Shown here in pieces: positions 48,841 to 57,396 of a stretch of DNA of 64,000 bases. Numbering within the stretch: the stretch's first letter is position 1; each line of letters starts with the position of its first letter. The notes beneath the pieces are model-generated. The model was given only the letters and a program-made list of their open reading frames with translations. It searched no databases and was not told the origin of the DNA. Source of the DNA: Acidimicrobiales bacterium (GTDB taxonomy: Bacteria > Actinomycetota > Acidimicrobiia > Acidimicrobiales > Bog-793); contig DATLTN010000006.1 of assembly GCA_035533595.1 (NCBI GenBank), positions 12,566-76,565 on the forward strand, read 5' to 3'. The translations under genes and the position numbers were made by a program.

Positions 48841-50061
48841 GTGGCGAGCGTGCGGGGCGGGGACGACGGCGGCGCGGGCGCGCCGCTCGTCTTCGTGACC
48901 CCGCGCTACGGACCCGGCGTCGTCGGCGGCTCCGAGGCGGTGGTCGCCGAGGCGGCGCGCGGCCTCGCGGCGCGGGGGCACCGCGTCGAGATCCTCACCA
49001 CCTGCGCGAAGAGCCACTACAGCTGGGCCAACGAGTTCGAGGCGGGCTCGTTCGTGGAGCACGGCGTCACGGTGCGGCGCTTCGCCACGGTGGCGGCGCG
49101 CTCGCGGGTGGCGGCCGGCGAGCTCGAGCGGCGCGTGCAGCGCTCGGAGCACCTCAGCGCCGGGGAGGAGGTCGCCTGGGTGAACGGGCGCTTCCGCGTC
49201 CCCGACCTCTACCTCCATCTCGTCGCGCACGCCGCGAGCTACCGGGCGATCGTGCTCTCCCCGTACCTGTTCTGGTCGACGATCTACGGGGCCGACGTCG
49301 CCCCCGAGCGCACGATCGTCATGCCCTGCCTGCACGACGAGCCCTACGCCTGGCTCGAGATCGTGCGCGAGACCCTCTCCAAAGTGGCGGGCCTCTGGTT
49401 CCTCTCCGAGCCCGAGCACCAGCTCACCCACCGGGTCGCCCCCGCGCTCGCGCCCCGCCACGCGGTGGTCGGCGCCGCGGTGGAGATCCCCGAGCGCTAC
49501 GACCCCGCCGGCTTCAAGGCCCGTCACGGCCTCGAACGCCCCTTCATCTTCTACGCCGGCCGACGTGAGCAGGGGAAGGGCTGGCGGGACCTGCTCGCCG
49601 CCTACGCCTCCGCGGTGGCGCGCGACGCGGCGACCTTTGACCTCGTCACCGTGGGCGCGGGGGCGCCGGAGATCCCCGAGGGCCTCGCCGGGAGGGTCGT
49701 CGACCTCGGCTACCTCGAGACCGAGGAGCTGCCGAACGCCTTCGCCGCCGCCGAGGCGCTCGTGCAGCCGAGCACCAACGAGAGCTTCTCCCGGACCCTC
49801 ATGGAGGCCTGGCTCGCCGGCACGCCGGTGATCGCGAACGCCGCCGGGGAGGTGGTCGCCTGGCACTGCGAGCGCTCCGGTGGCGGCCTCACCTATGCCG
49901 ACGAGAGCGAGTTCGCGCACTGCCTGCGCTTTGTCGCCGAGGCGCCGAAGGCCGCGGCGGCGCTCGCCGCGAAGGGCCGCGAGTACGTGCTCGAGCACTA
50001 CCGGTGGGAGGTCGTCCTCGACGCGATGGAGCAGTTCCTCGAGGACTTCCCGAGGCGATGA
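48841..50061 (+). CDS. Glycosyltransferase family 4 (GT-B)
   Basis: The N-terminus reads GGSEAVVAEAARGLAARGHRVEILT. The C-terminal E-x7-E-type motif reads STNESFSRTLMEAWLAGTPVIA. Confidence 0.8.
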   Translation: MASVRGGDDGGAGAPLVFVTPRYGPGVVGGSEAVVAEAARGLAARGHRVEILTTCAKSHYSWANEFEAGSFVEHGVTVRRFATVAARSRVAAGELERRVQRSEHLSAGEEVAWVNGRFRVPDLYLHLVAHAASYRAIVLSPYLFWSTIYGADVAPERTIVMPCLHDEPYAWLEIVRETLSKVAGLWFLSEPEHQLTHRVAPALAPRHAVVGAAVEIPERYDPAGFKARHGLERPFIFYAGRREQGKGWRDLLAAYASAVARDAATFDLVTVGAGAPEIPEGLAGRVVDLGYLETEELPNAFAAAEALVQPSTNESFSRTLMEAWLAGTPVIANAAGEVVAWHCERSGGGLTYADESEFAHCLRFVAEAPKAAAALAAKGREYVLEHYRWEVVLDAMEQFLEDFPRR

Positions 50062-50843
50062 GCCGCGTCCTCGTGGTCGGCACCGTGCCGCCGCCGGGCG
50101 GCGCGGCGGCGCGACGCCTGGCGGTGGTCGCCGCCGGCCGCCTCGCCGACGGTGACGAGGTCACCGTGCTCTCGCCGGACCCGCGCAGCGCCGCGCACCG
50201 CAGCGGTTCGCTGACGGGCTTTGCGCTCGTGGCGCAGCTCGCCTGGCGGTCGCGGCGCCACGACGTCCTCGAGCTGCGGATCGAGCCCTCGCTCCCGCTC
50301 GCCCCCGACAGCGGTCGGGCGCTGCGCACCGCCGTGCTCCTCGCGCTCGGCGTCGTGCTCGGCCGCTATGCGAGCGTGACGCTGCGCCTCGACAGCCCCG
50401 TCCCGATCCCGGGCGGCGTCGGCGGGCGCGCCACCACGACGCTGTGGGCCGCTGTCGACACCGTCGTCGTGCAGCGCGAGGAGGACCGCGCCCTGCTCGC
50501 CCAAGTGCCCGGGCTCTCGGCCGAGCAGATCGTCCTCGAGCCGCCAGCCGAGGAGGCGGTCGCCGCGGCGGTGCGGCGCTGGCCGACGGCGACCGACTCG
50601 GGGTTGCGGTCCGAGGCGCAGGACGAGATCCGCCGCTCCGCCGCCGAGGAGCGCTCGCTCCTCGCGGCGCGACGCGAGATCGGCACCCCCCTTCCCCGGG
50701 CCGGCTCCGCCTTCTCCGAGCACGTGCGGGTGCGCGCGAGCCTGCCGGGCCTCGCCCACGCCGCGCTCGGCCTCTCGCGGCGCGGCGCCGCGGGCATCGT
50801 CCGCCGTCAGCGGGCGCTGCGCACGGGGAGCCGCTCGAGGTAG
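50058..50843 (+). CDS. Hypothetical protein (GT-B N-domain-like start, no recognisable catalytic half)
   Basis: The ATG overlaps the upstream GT4 stop (ATGA). Third-position GC is very high throughout. The protein begins MSRVLVVGTVPPPGGAAARRLAVVAAGRLADGDEVTVL. Its 3' end overlaps the convergent gene by 37 nt. Confidence 0.6.
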   Translation: MSRVLVVGTVPPPGGAAARRLAVVAAGRLADGDEVTVLSPDPRSAAHRSGSLTGFALVAQLAWRSRRHDVLELRIEPSLPLAPDSGRALRTAVLLALGVVLGRYASVTLRLDSPVPIPGGVGGRATTTLWAAVDTVVVQREEDRALLAQVPGLSAEQIVLEPPAEEAVAAAVRRWPTATDSGLRSEAQDEIRRSAAEERSLLAARREIGTPLPRAGSAFSEHVRVRASLPGLAHAALGLSRRGAAGIVRRQRALRTGSRSR

Positions 50844-53167
50844 GAGAGGAGCGCCCGCGCGCTGGCGGCGAAGGAGCGTTGGCGGGCCGCCTCGCGTCCC
50901 GCGGCGGCGAGGGAGGCGCGCTCGGTCCCGTCGAGGAGGAGCGCGGCGAGGAGCGCGGCGAGGGACTCCGGTGTGCAGCCCGCCTCGACCGTGGCGAGGG
51001 AGTCGGTGGGGAGGTCGCGGACGAAGCCGCTCCGGGTCGCGACCGTCGGCACCCCCGCCGCGAGGCACTCCCCGATGGCCGCGGAGGCCTCGCCGTTGAA
51101 GGCGGCGCGCAGCTGCACGGCGAGGTCGGCGCGGGCCAGCCAGCTGCGGTAGCGCGCGGCCGGGAGCGGGCCGGTGAGCACGAGCGCCTCGCCGAGGTCG
51201 AGCGTGCGCGCGAGGCCCTCGAGCTCGGCTGCGAGCGCGTCGGAGACAGGCCCCACGAGCGCGACGTGAAGGTCGGGCAGCCGTTGTTGCAGCAGCGCTG
51301 CGGCCGCGAGCAGCAGCTCGGGGCACTTCGCGGGGTCGACGATCCCGAAGCTCGCGAGCAGCGGGCCGCCCGCGAGCAAGGACGGGTCGGCCCCCCACAG
51401 CGCCCCGGCGGGGCCGAGCGCCTCCGGACGTGCGACCTCCTCCTCGGCGAACAGCCCCTCGCGCTCGTCGACCGCGCCGAGGGCGAAGGGGAGGACGGCG
51501 ATCTTCGCGGCGTCGCGCCCGAGGGCGTCCTCCCGGGCGAGCGCGGCCGCGGAGGAAGAGCTCACGAGGAAGGCGCTCGAGCGGGCGATCACCTCGCGCG
51601 CCATCAGCAGGCCGTACCGCTCGAGGTGCTCGCGGGTGAGCTCGCCGTTCGCCCCCGCCTCGGCAGGCAGGCCCGGGTAGAGGCGGTGGAGGGCGGCGGC
51701 GAAGCCGCCCGGGCGCAGCCCCGGGTCGCCGTGCGCATGGCGGTAGAGGTTGGAGAGGCGGACGTCGTGGGCGAGGACGACGCCCGGCCGCGCCGCGAGG
51801 AGCGCGTGCGCGTCGAGGTGGTGGTGGCTGTTCCCGATCGCGTAGAGCACCTCGTCGTAGCGGCCCTTCAGCGCCTCCACGCGGCCGAGCGCGCGCGCCG
51901 CGTACTGCTCGACACCGGCGGGCGCCCGCCCCTTGCGGCCGCCGTCGACGAAGAGGTCGACCTCCACCTTCTCGCTGGCGACGAGCGCCTCGACGAGGTT
52001 GAGGCTGTAGCCGGCGACGCCGGTCGCTGCGGGAGGGACAGGGGTCACGAGCGCCAGCCGGGGGCGGCGGCGGAGGCCGCTCGGGCGCGCCCGTGGCCGC
52101 GCCGAGGACCTCGCGAGCGCCGCGAGGTGCGAGACGGCGCGCGTCGCCACCTCGTGCCAGCCCGGCAGCGCCGCCGCGGGTGCCGGCGCGTCGAGCGCTC
52201 CGGCGATCGCGGTGGCGATCGCCGAGACGTCGCGTGGGTCGAAGCGCCGGTCCGGGGGGACCAGCTCGTCGAGTGCGGGGACATCCGAGGCGATGACGGG
52301 GGTCCGACAGGCGAGCGCCTCGACGACGGGCAGGCCGTAGCCCTCGGCGAGCGAGGGGACGCAGACGAGCTCGGCCGCCTGGTAGCAGGCGCAGAGCGTC
52401 TCGTCGTCGAGGTAGCCGGGGAGGACGAGGCGCTCGGCGATCCCGAGGCCCTCCGCGAGATGGCGGTAGTGGTGGACGGTCGGGGCGTCGAGCTCGGCGC
52501 TCAGCACGAGCTGCAGCCACGGGCCGCCCGCCGTGGCGGCGGCGAAGGCGGCGATCATCGCCTCGTTGTTCTTTCGCGGATGCGAGCCCGACGGGCAGAA
52601 CAGGTACGGCCCCGAGAGGCCGAGCGGGCCGAGGCGCCCCTCGACGAGCTGGCGCGAGCGCTCGCGCACCGCGGGCGGGGCGAAGCGGGGGTGCGGCGCC
52701 GCGCCGACTTCGGCGACGCGCGCCGCGGGGATCCCGAGCACCTCGACGAGCTGGCGTCGCACCGCCGCGGACAGGACCTGCAGCCCGGCGGCGACGTGCA
52801 GCAGTTCCAGGCGGGCGCGGTAGCGACGGCGCTCGACGGCGTCGACGATCGCCGCGCTCGGCTCGACGAGGGGGATGAGGTCGTAGACGGTGGCGGAGAG
52901 GGCGATCCCCCGCGAGTCGCACTCGGCCGGCCAGAGCTCGCCGAGGCGGAGTTCGAGGTCGAGTGGAGAGAGGAGGTGCAGGACCCGGCAGCCCTCGGGC
53001 AGCTGTCGGGAGTAGCTGAGCTTCCCGCTGGCGACGAGCGCCTCCGCGGCCGCGGGAGGCGGGAGGCGGGGGTTGAGGAGGTAGGCGCCGACGAGGCTCG
53101 GGTCGATCTCCTCGATGGCGAGGGCGAGCTGCTCGGCGTAGCGGCCGATGCCCCGCCCCCGCGACAT
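50807..53167 (-). CDS. Double-domain glycosyltransferase (two GT4-like modules fused)
   Basis: Two separate GT-B C-terminal motifs are present: SLAEGYGLPVVEALACRTPVIAS, and FNGEASAAIGECLAAGVPTVAT about 400 aa later. The N-terminus is RGIGRYAEQL. Confidence 0.8.
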   Translation of the reverse strand: MSRGRGIGRYAEQLALAIEEIDPSLVGAYLLNPRLPPPAAAEALVASGKLSYSRQLPEGCRVLHLLSPLDLELRLGELWPAECDSRGIALSATVYDLIPLVEPSAAIVDAVERRRYRARLELLHVAAGLQVLSAAVRRQLVEVLGIPAARVAEVGAAPHPRFAPPAVRERSRQLVEGRLGPLGLSGPYLFCPSGSHPRKNNEAMIAAFAAATAGGPWLQLVLSAELDAPTVHHYRHLAEGLGIAERLVLPGYLDDETLCACYQAAELVCVPSLAEGYGLPVVEALACRTPVIASDVPALDELVPPDRRFDPRDVSAIATAIAGALDAPAPAAALPGWHEVATRAVSHLAALARSSARPRARPSGLRRRPRLALVTPVPPAATGVAGYSLNLVEALVASEKVEVDLFVDGGRKGRAPAGVEQYAARALGRVEALKGRYDEVLYAIGNSHHHLDAHALLAARPGVVLAHDVRLSNLYRHAHGDPGLRPGGFAAALHRLYPGLPAEAGANGELTREHLERYGLLMAREVIARSSAFLVSSSSAAALAREDALGRDAAKIAVLPFALGAVDEREGLFAEEEVARPEALGPAGALWGADPSLLAGGPLLASFGIVDPAKCPELLLAAAALLQQRLPDLHVALVGPVSDALAAELEGLARTLDLGEALVLTGPLPAARYRSWLARADLAVQLRAAFNGEASAAIGECLAAGVPTVATRSGFVRDLPTDSLATVEAGCTPESLAALLAALLLDGTERASLAAAGREAARQRSFAASARALLSYLERLPVRSAR

Positions 53168-53226
53168 CGGGCTCTGCAGCGCCTGCAGGTCGATGGCGAC
53201 CGGGCCGCCGCCGCGTGCGGTCGCGT

Positions 53227-53526
53227 TCAGACGGAAGGGACCCCGCGCTCGGAGGCCTCTTGCGGGATGCCTGCGTACTCCTCGAGGAGGTCGAGGCGAT
53301 CGGCCGTCGACCGCAGGAGCCGCCCCGTGAGCTCGACGCTCTCGGCGTCTGCCTGACTCATCGCCTCGAGCATCCTGCGGATCTCGGCGAGCTCGTGGCG
53401 GACCTCGTCGAGGCGCTCCCCGACGCGGCGCTCGAGATCACGGCTCTGGTCCTCGACGGCGACGACCCGCCCGGGGAGCCCGACGGCGGTGCCCGTCTTG
53501 TGAAGGAGGCGGCGGAGGCTCGGCAC
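53227..53526 (-). CDS. Small coiled-coil hypothetical protein (99 aa)
   Basis: A heptad-like charged helix is present (DLERRVGERLDEVRHELAEIRRMLEAM). The gene lies upstream of the double GT and on the same strand. Confidence 0.5.
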   Translation of the reverse strand: MPSLRRLLHKTGTAVGLPGRVVAVEDQSRDLERRVGERLDEVRHELAEIRRMLEAMSQADAESVELTGRLLRSTADRLDLLEEYAGIPQEASERGVPSV

Positions 53527-53702
53527 TGCGGCGTCATGCTACCGGCGGCCGGCCGCCGCGATCTGGGAGAACGCCACCGCTAGGATTTCCTCTGGTGGGC
53601 CAACCGCTAACGACGCGCCGCAGCTGGCGTGCCGCTCGCGGCCCGGCCAGGGCGCGTTTTCCCGCCGCCCCCGACGCGTTCCCTCGAAAGGGCAGGTAGA
53701 CG

Positions 53703-54701
53703 ATGGCGACGGTGAGTGACACCTCGTCATCCGCGGTCGCGGAGGAGCCGGGCCACCCCGAGCCCGGTTCGGTGGCGCGATTGAGCTTCGAGGCGCGGCC
53801 ACCGTTGCAGGCCCGGACGGTGTCGGCGCGCGTCAGCCTGCGGACGCGCCTGCGCGAGATCGTGGGCGCCCGCGAGCTCCTGGTCTTCCTCGTCCGCAAG
53901 GAGCTGAAGGTCAAGTACAAGGGCAGCGTGCTCGGCCTCTTGTGGTCGATGCTCAACCCCGCGGTGACGCTGCTCGTCTACTACGTGGTCTTCAAGTACT
54001 TCCTGAAGGCCTCCGCACCGAGCTTCGCCCTCTACCTGTTCTCGGGGATGATCGTCTGGAACTTCTTCCTCACCGCGCTCATCGGCGCCGCCTCGACGAT
54101 CGTCGCCAATGCGGGGATCGTGAAGAAGGTCTCCTTTCCTCGCGAGATCCTCGCCCTCGCGCAGATCGGCACTTCGGGGATGTTCTTCCTCTTCCAGTCG
54201 GTGGTGCTGGTGATCTTCCTCGTCGGCTTCCAGTACACGCCGGCCTGGGGGTGGATGCCGCTCATCCCCTTCGCCCTCGTCGACCTGTTGCTGTTCACCT
54301 CGGCGCTCGCGATCTTCCTCTCTGCGGTGAACGTCTACCTGCGCGACATCGAGCACCTCGTCGCGGTGCTGCTGAACGCCTGGTTCTGGGGCGTCCCGAT
54401 CATCTACAGCTTCAACCAGGTCTACGGCCACAAGAGCCTGCACTGGCTCGGCGAGCTCTACCTCTTCGATCCGATGACGGTGATCATCCTCACCTTCCAG
54501 CGGGCGATCTACGGCAAGGTGAGCTACCGGACCTACGACGCCGCGACGCACACCTTCAAGACGACCGTGTGGCTCGCGAACTACCCCTACCATTTCTATT
54601 TGTTCATGCTCGGATGTGTGCTCGTCGCCTCCGTGCTCCTCCTCCTCGGGGCGATGCTCGTATTCGGCCGCATCGAGGGGAACTTCGCCGAGGAGCTGTG
54701 A
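53703..54701 (+). CDS. ABC-2 type polysaccharide/teichoic-acid export permease (Wzm/TagG-like)
   Basis: ELLVFLVRKELKVKYKGSVLGLLWSMLNPAVTLLVYYVVF is the characteristic ABC-2 N-terminal motif. Six hydrophobic segments follow. Confidence 0.9.
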   Translation: MATVSDTSSSAVAEEPGHPEPGSVARLSFEARPPLQARTVSARVSLRTRLREIVGARELLVFLVRKELKVKYKGSVLGLLWSMLNPAVTLLVYYVVFKYFLKASAPSFALYLFSGMIVWNFFLTALIGAASTIVANAGIVKKVSFPREILALAQIGTSGMFFLFQSVVLVIFLVGFQYTPAWGWMPLIPFALVDLLLFTSALAIFLSAVNVYLRDIEHLVAVLLNAWFWGVPIIYSFNQVYGHKSLHWLGELYLFDPMTVIILTFQRAIYGKVSYRTYDAATHTFKTTVWLANYPYHFYLFMLGCVLVASVLLLLGAMLVFGRIEGNFAEEL

Positions 54702-54708
54702 GCCCCCA

Positions 54709-55923
54709 ATGAACGCCGCTGTAGAGATCGACAACGTCTCCAAGCGCTTCCGCCTCTACCACGAGAAGTACGCCTCTTTGAAAGAGCGGGTGGTGCACGC
54801 CGGGCACGTCCCCTACGAGGAGTTCTGGGCGCTGCGCAACGTCTCCGCGGAGATCCCCGCGGGCCACACCGTCGGCATCCTCGGCCGCAACGGCTCGGGG
54901 AAGTCGACGCTGTTGAAGTGCGTCGCCGGCATCCTGCAGCCGACGGAGGGCAAGGTCGTCGTGCGCGGCCAGCTGGCCGCGATGCTCGAGCTCGGCGCGG
55001 GCTTCCAGCCCGAGCTCTCCGGGAGGGACAACGTCTACCTGAACGGCTCGCTCCTCGGTTTCTCGCGTCGCGAGATCGCGAAGCGCTTCGACGCGATCGT
55101 GGAGTTCGCGGAGCTCGACCAGTTCATCGACAACCAGGTGAAGTACTACTCGTCGGGGATGTACGTGCGCCTCGGCTTCGCCGTGGCGGTGAACGTCGAG
55201 CCCGACGTGCTCCTCGTCGACGAGGTCCTCGCCGTCGGCGATGAGCGCTTCCAGCAGAAGTGCCTCGACCGGGTGGCGCAGTTCCAGCGCGACGGGCGCA
55301 CGATCATCGTCGTCTCGCACGCGCCCGACACGCTCCGCCGCATCTGTGAGGAGATCCTCGTGATCGACCACGGAGAAGTGGTCACCCTCGCCAACCCCGG
55401 TGAGGCGATTCGCGCCTTCCGGGAGCGGATGATCGGGTCCGGTATGCAGGCGCCGGAGCCGATCGAGGTGGACCCCGAGACGGGCCCCGTGCCCGTCGTC
55501 GAGTCGGCGCGTCGGGTGCGACTCACGGAGACCACGATCGAGTACCCCGGGAGCGGGGAGCGCCCCTACCTCGTCTCGGGGGAGCCGCTCACCGTACGGG
55601 TCGGCCTCGAGGTGAACGAGCCGCTCTCGGGCGGGCAGCTCTCGATCACCGTCCTCAACGAGCGCAACGACGTGGTCTTCGCAGAGCTCCTCGACGCCGC
55701 GACCGGCGGCGTGCAGCTCGACAAGGGCCTCGGCAGCGCCGCCTTCATCTTCGACGCCGTCACCCTCCTCGACGGCCGCTTCGTCGTGAACATCGATGTG
55801 CGCGACGCGGGCGGCGTCGTCCTCGACGTCTCCGAGCCGGCCACCTACTTCGAGGTGATGAACCCCGGCCGTGCGACGGGCATCGTCGCGCTGCCGATGC
55901 GCCTCGAGGTGACGCCCCCGTGA
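54709..55923 (+). CDS. Polysaccharide export ABC ATP-binding protein (Wzt/TagH-like) with C-terminal extra domain
   Basis: The start is ATG 54709. Walker A is GRNGSGKST, the signature YSSGMYVRL, and Walker B VLLVDEVLAVGD. A ~150-aa beta-rich C-terminal domain is like Wzt glycan-binding domains. Confidence 0.9.
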   Translation: MNAAVEIDNVSKRFRLYHEKYASLKERVVHAGHVPYEEFWALRNVSAEIPAGHTVGILGRNGSGKSTLLKCVAGILQPTEGKVVVRGQLAAMLELGAGFQPELSGRDNVYLNGSLLGFSRREIAKRFDAIVEFAELDQFIDNQVKYYSSGMYVRLGFAVAVNVEPDVLLVDEVLAVGDERFQQKCLDRVAQFQRDGRTIIVVSHAPDTLRRICEEILVIDHGEVVTLANPGEAIRAFRERMIGSGMQAPEPIEVDPETGPVPVVESARRVRLTETTIEYPGSGERPYLVSGEPLTVRVGLEVNEPLSGGQLSITVLNERNDVVFAELLDAATGGVQLDKGLGSAAFIFDAVTLLDGRFVVNIDVRDAGGVVLDVSEPATYFEVMNPGRATGIVALPMRLEVTPP

Positions 55924-55945
55924 GGCCGAGCGCCGGGGCCGCCCC

Positions 55946-56248
55946 CTGGAGCTGACGGCCCGTCCCGAAGGCGCGGCGGAGGACCTTCCCGGCGAGGTCG
56001 CCGCGGCAGCGATCGTCGCGGCGGAGGAGCTCCGAGCGAAGGGCCTGTGGACGGCAGCCGACGACGCCGAGCTCGCCCGCCGCTTCGAGGAGGCGGCGCG
56101 GGCCGCGCTCGCGGTGCCCTCCCTCGCCGAGCGGGCGCCGCGCGCCCGACGCGTGGCGCGAAAGGTCGTACCGAGGGCGCTCCGTCCGCTGCTCGGCCGC
56201 CTCGCCCGTCTCGTCGACCGCGCCATCCGCAAGGTCGCCGCCCGATGA
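55946..56248 (+). CDS. Coding-like frame without canonical start: small helical protein (CTG start?) or +1-frame extension of wzt
   Basis: The frame is open from 55913 to TGA 56246-48 and has about 90% third-position G/C. The composition is protein-like (AAEELRAKGLWTAADDAELARRFEEAARAAL...LLGRLARLVDRAIRKV). The only ATG/GTG/TTG in it lies ~43 codons before the stop. Confidence 0.3.
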   Translation: MELTARPEGAAEDLPGEVAAAAIVAAEELRAKGLWTAADDAELARRFEEAARAALAVPSLAERAPRARRVARKVVPRALRPLLGRLARLVDRAIRKVAAR

Positions 56249-56252
56249 TCCG

Positions 56253-57383
56253 GTGGCGGCGGTGACCGCGCCGCAGCGCATCGACCAGGTGATCCCGGCG
56301 ATCATCGAGCACGACGCGGTCTCCAACCACGCCTTTGAGGCGCAGCGCCTCCTCCGCGAGCTCGGCTTCGCCTCCGAGATCTACGCCGCGATCCTCGGGC
56401 CGGGCACCGAGGGACGCGTCCGGCGCATCGCGGAGCTGCCGCGCCTCACCGGCGGCGAGCAGTGGCTTCTCTACCAGTCCTCGATCGGCAGCCCCGTCGC
56501 CGAGACCTTCGCCCGCCATCCCGGCCCGAAGCTCCTCGACTACCACAACATCACCCCCGCCGAGCTCGTCGAGCGCTGGATCCCGCCGCTCGCGGACGAG
56601 TCGCGACTCGGCCGCGAGCAGCTGCGCCAGCTCGCGCCGCTCGTGCATGGGGCGCTCGCCGACTCGGCCTACAACGCCGAGGAGCTGGTCGCGAAGGGCT
56701 TCCGCGAGGTGACGGTCGTCCCGGTGCTGATCGACGCCGCGAACCTCCAGGCGACAGCCGACGACGGCGAGCTCGCGCGCCTCGCCGCGGCGAAGCGCGG
56801 CGGGGGCGCCGACTGGCTCTTCGTCGGCCAGCTCGGCGCGCACAAGGCGCTGCACGACATCGTGAAGGCCTTCACGTGCTACCGCCGCTGCTACGACCCG
56901 GCCGCCCGGCTGCACCTCGTGGGGCGTGAGATGGGGCACGCCTACCGCGACGCGCTCGGCCGCTTCGTCGCGGGGCTCGGCCTCAGCGAGGCGGTCGAGT
57001 TCACCGGGTCGGTGAGCCCGGGGGCACTCGTCGCGCAGTACGAGAACGCCGACCTGTTCGTCTGCTGCTCGGACCACGAGGGCTACTGCGCCCCGCTCAT
57101 CGAGGCGATGTCGCGGGGGGTCCCGGTGGTCGCCTACCGCGCGGGTGCCGTCCCGGGAACGGTCGGCCGTGGTGGGGTGCTGCTCGCGGACAAGTCGCCC
57201 GCGGTCGTGGCGAGCGCCGCGCACGAGGTGCTGCGCGACCCGGGCCGCCGTGCGCAGCTCGCCGCTGCCGCCCGTCGACAGGCCGCCGGGCACACCCTGG
57301 AGGGCGCCCGCGCTGCCTTCCGGGCGGCGATCCGTGCCGCGTTGGAGCGCCCGGTGCAGGAGCCACAGTCGTCCCTGGCGTAA
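56253..57383 (+). CDS. Glycosyltransferase family 4 (GT-B)
   Basis: The N-terminus is [30 protein letters not shown]. The C-terminal motif reads [24 protein letters not shown]. Confidence 0.8.
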   Translation: MAAVTAPQRIDQVIPAIIEHDAVSNHAFEAQRLLRELGFASEIYAAILGPGTEGRVRRIAELPRLTGGEQWLLYQSSIGSPVAETFARHPGPKLLDYHNITPAELVERWIPPLADESRLGREQLRQLAPLVHGALADSAYNAEELVAKGFREVTVVPVLIDAANLQATADDGELARLAAAKRGGGADWLFVGQLGAHKALHDIVKAFTCYRRCYDPAARLHLVGREMGHAYRDALGRFVAGLGLSEAVEFTGSVSPGALVAQYENADLFVCCSDHEGYCAPLIEAMSRGVPVVAYRAGAVPGTVGRGGVLLADKSPAVVASAAHEVLRDPGRRAQLAAAARRQAAGHTLEGARAAFRAAIRAALERPVQEPQSSLA

Positions 57384-57396
57384 CATCGCCACCACT

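Noticed and set aside
49998-53356. Two ~970-aa ORFs (49998..52922 minus, 50444..53356 plus) overlapping the double glycosyltransferase gene.
   Set aside because: They are alternative frames of 50807..53167. Their products are Arg/Pro/Gly junk, whereas the 786-aa frame carries two GT-B signatures and high third-position GC.
53534-53956. Minus-strand ORFs (140 aa and 87 aa) in and upstream of the wzm 5' region.
   Set aside because: They overlap the wzm N-terminus or the divergent promoter spacer, have biased R/P/S composition and carry no motifs. wzm has the characteristic ABC-2 signature in the plus frame.
56047-56265. A 72-aa ORF from the track lying in the wzt-GT4 gap.
   Set aside because: It is the wrong frame by codon-position GC, and the product is Arg/Gly/Pro-rich junk. 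The neighbouring +1 frame (55913-56248) is the coding-like one.
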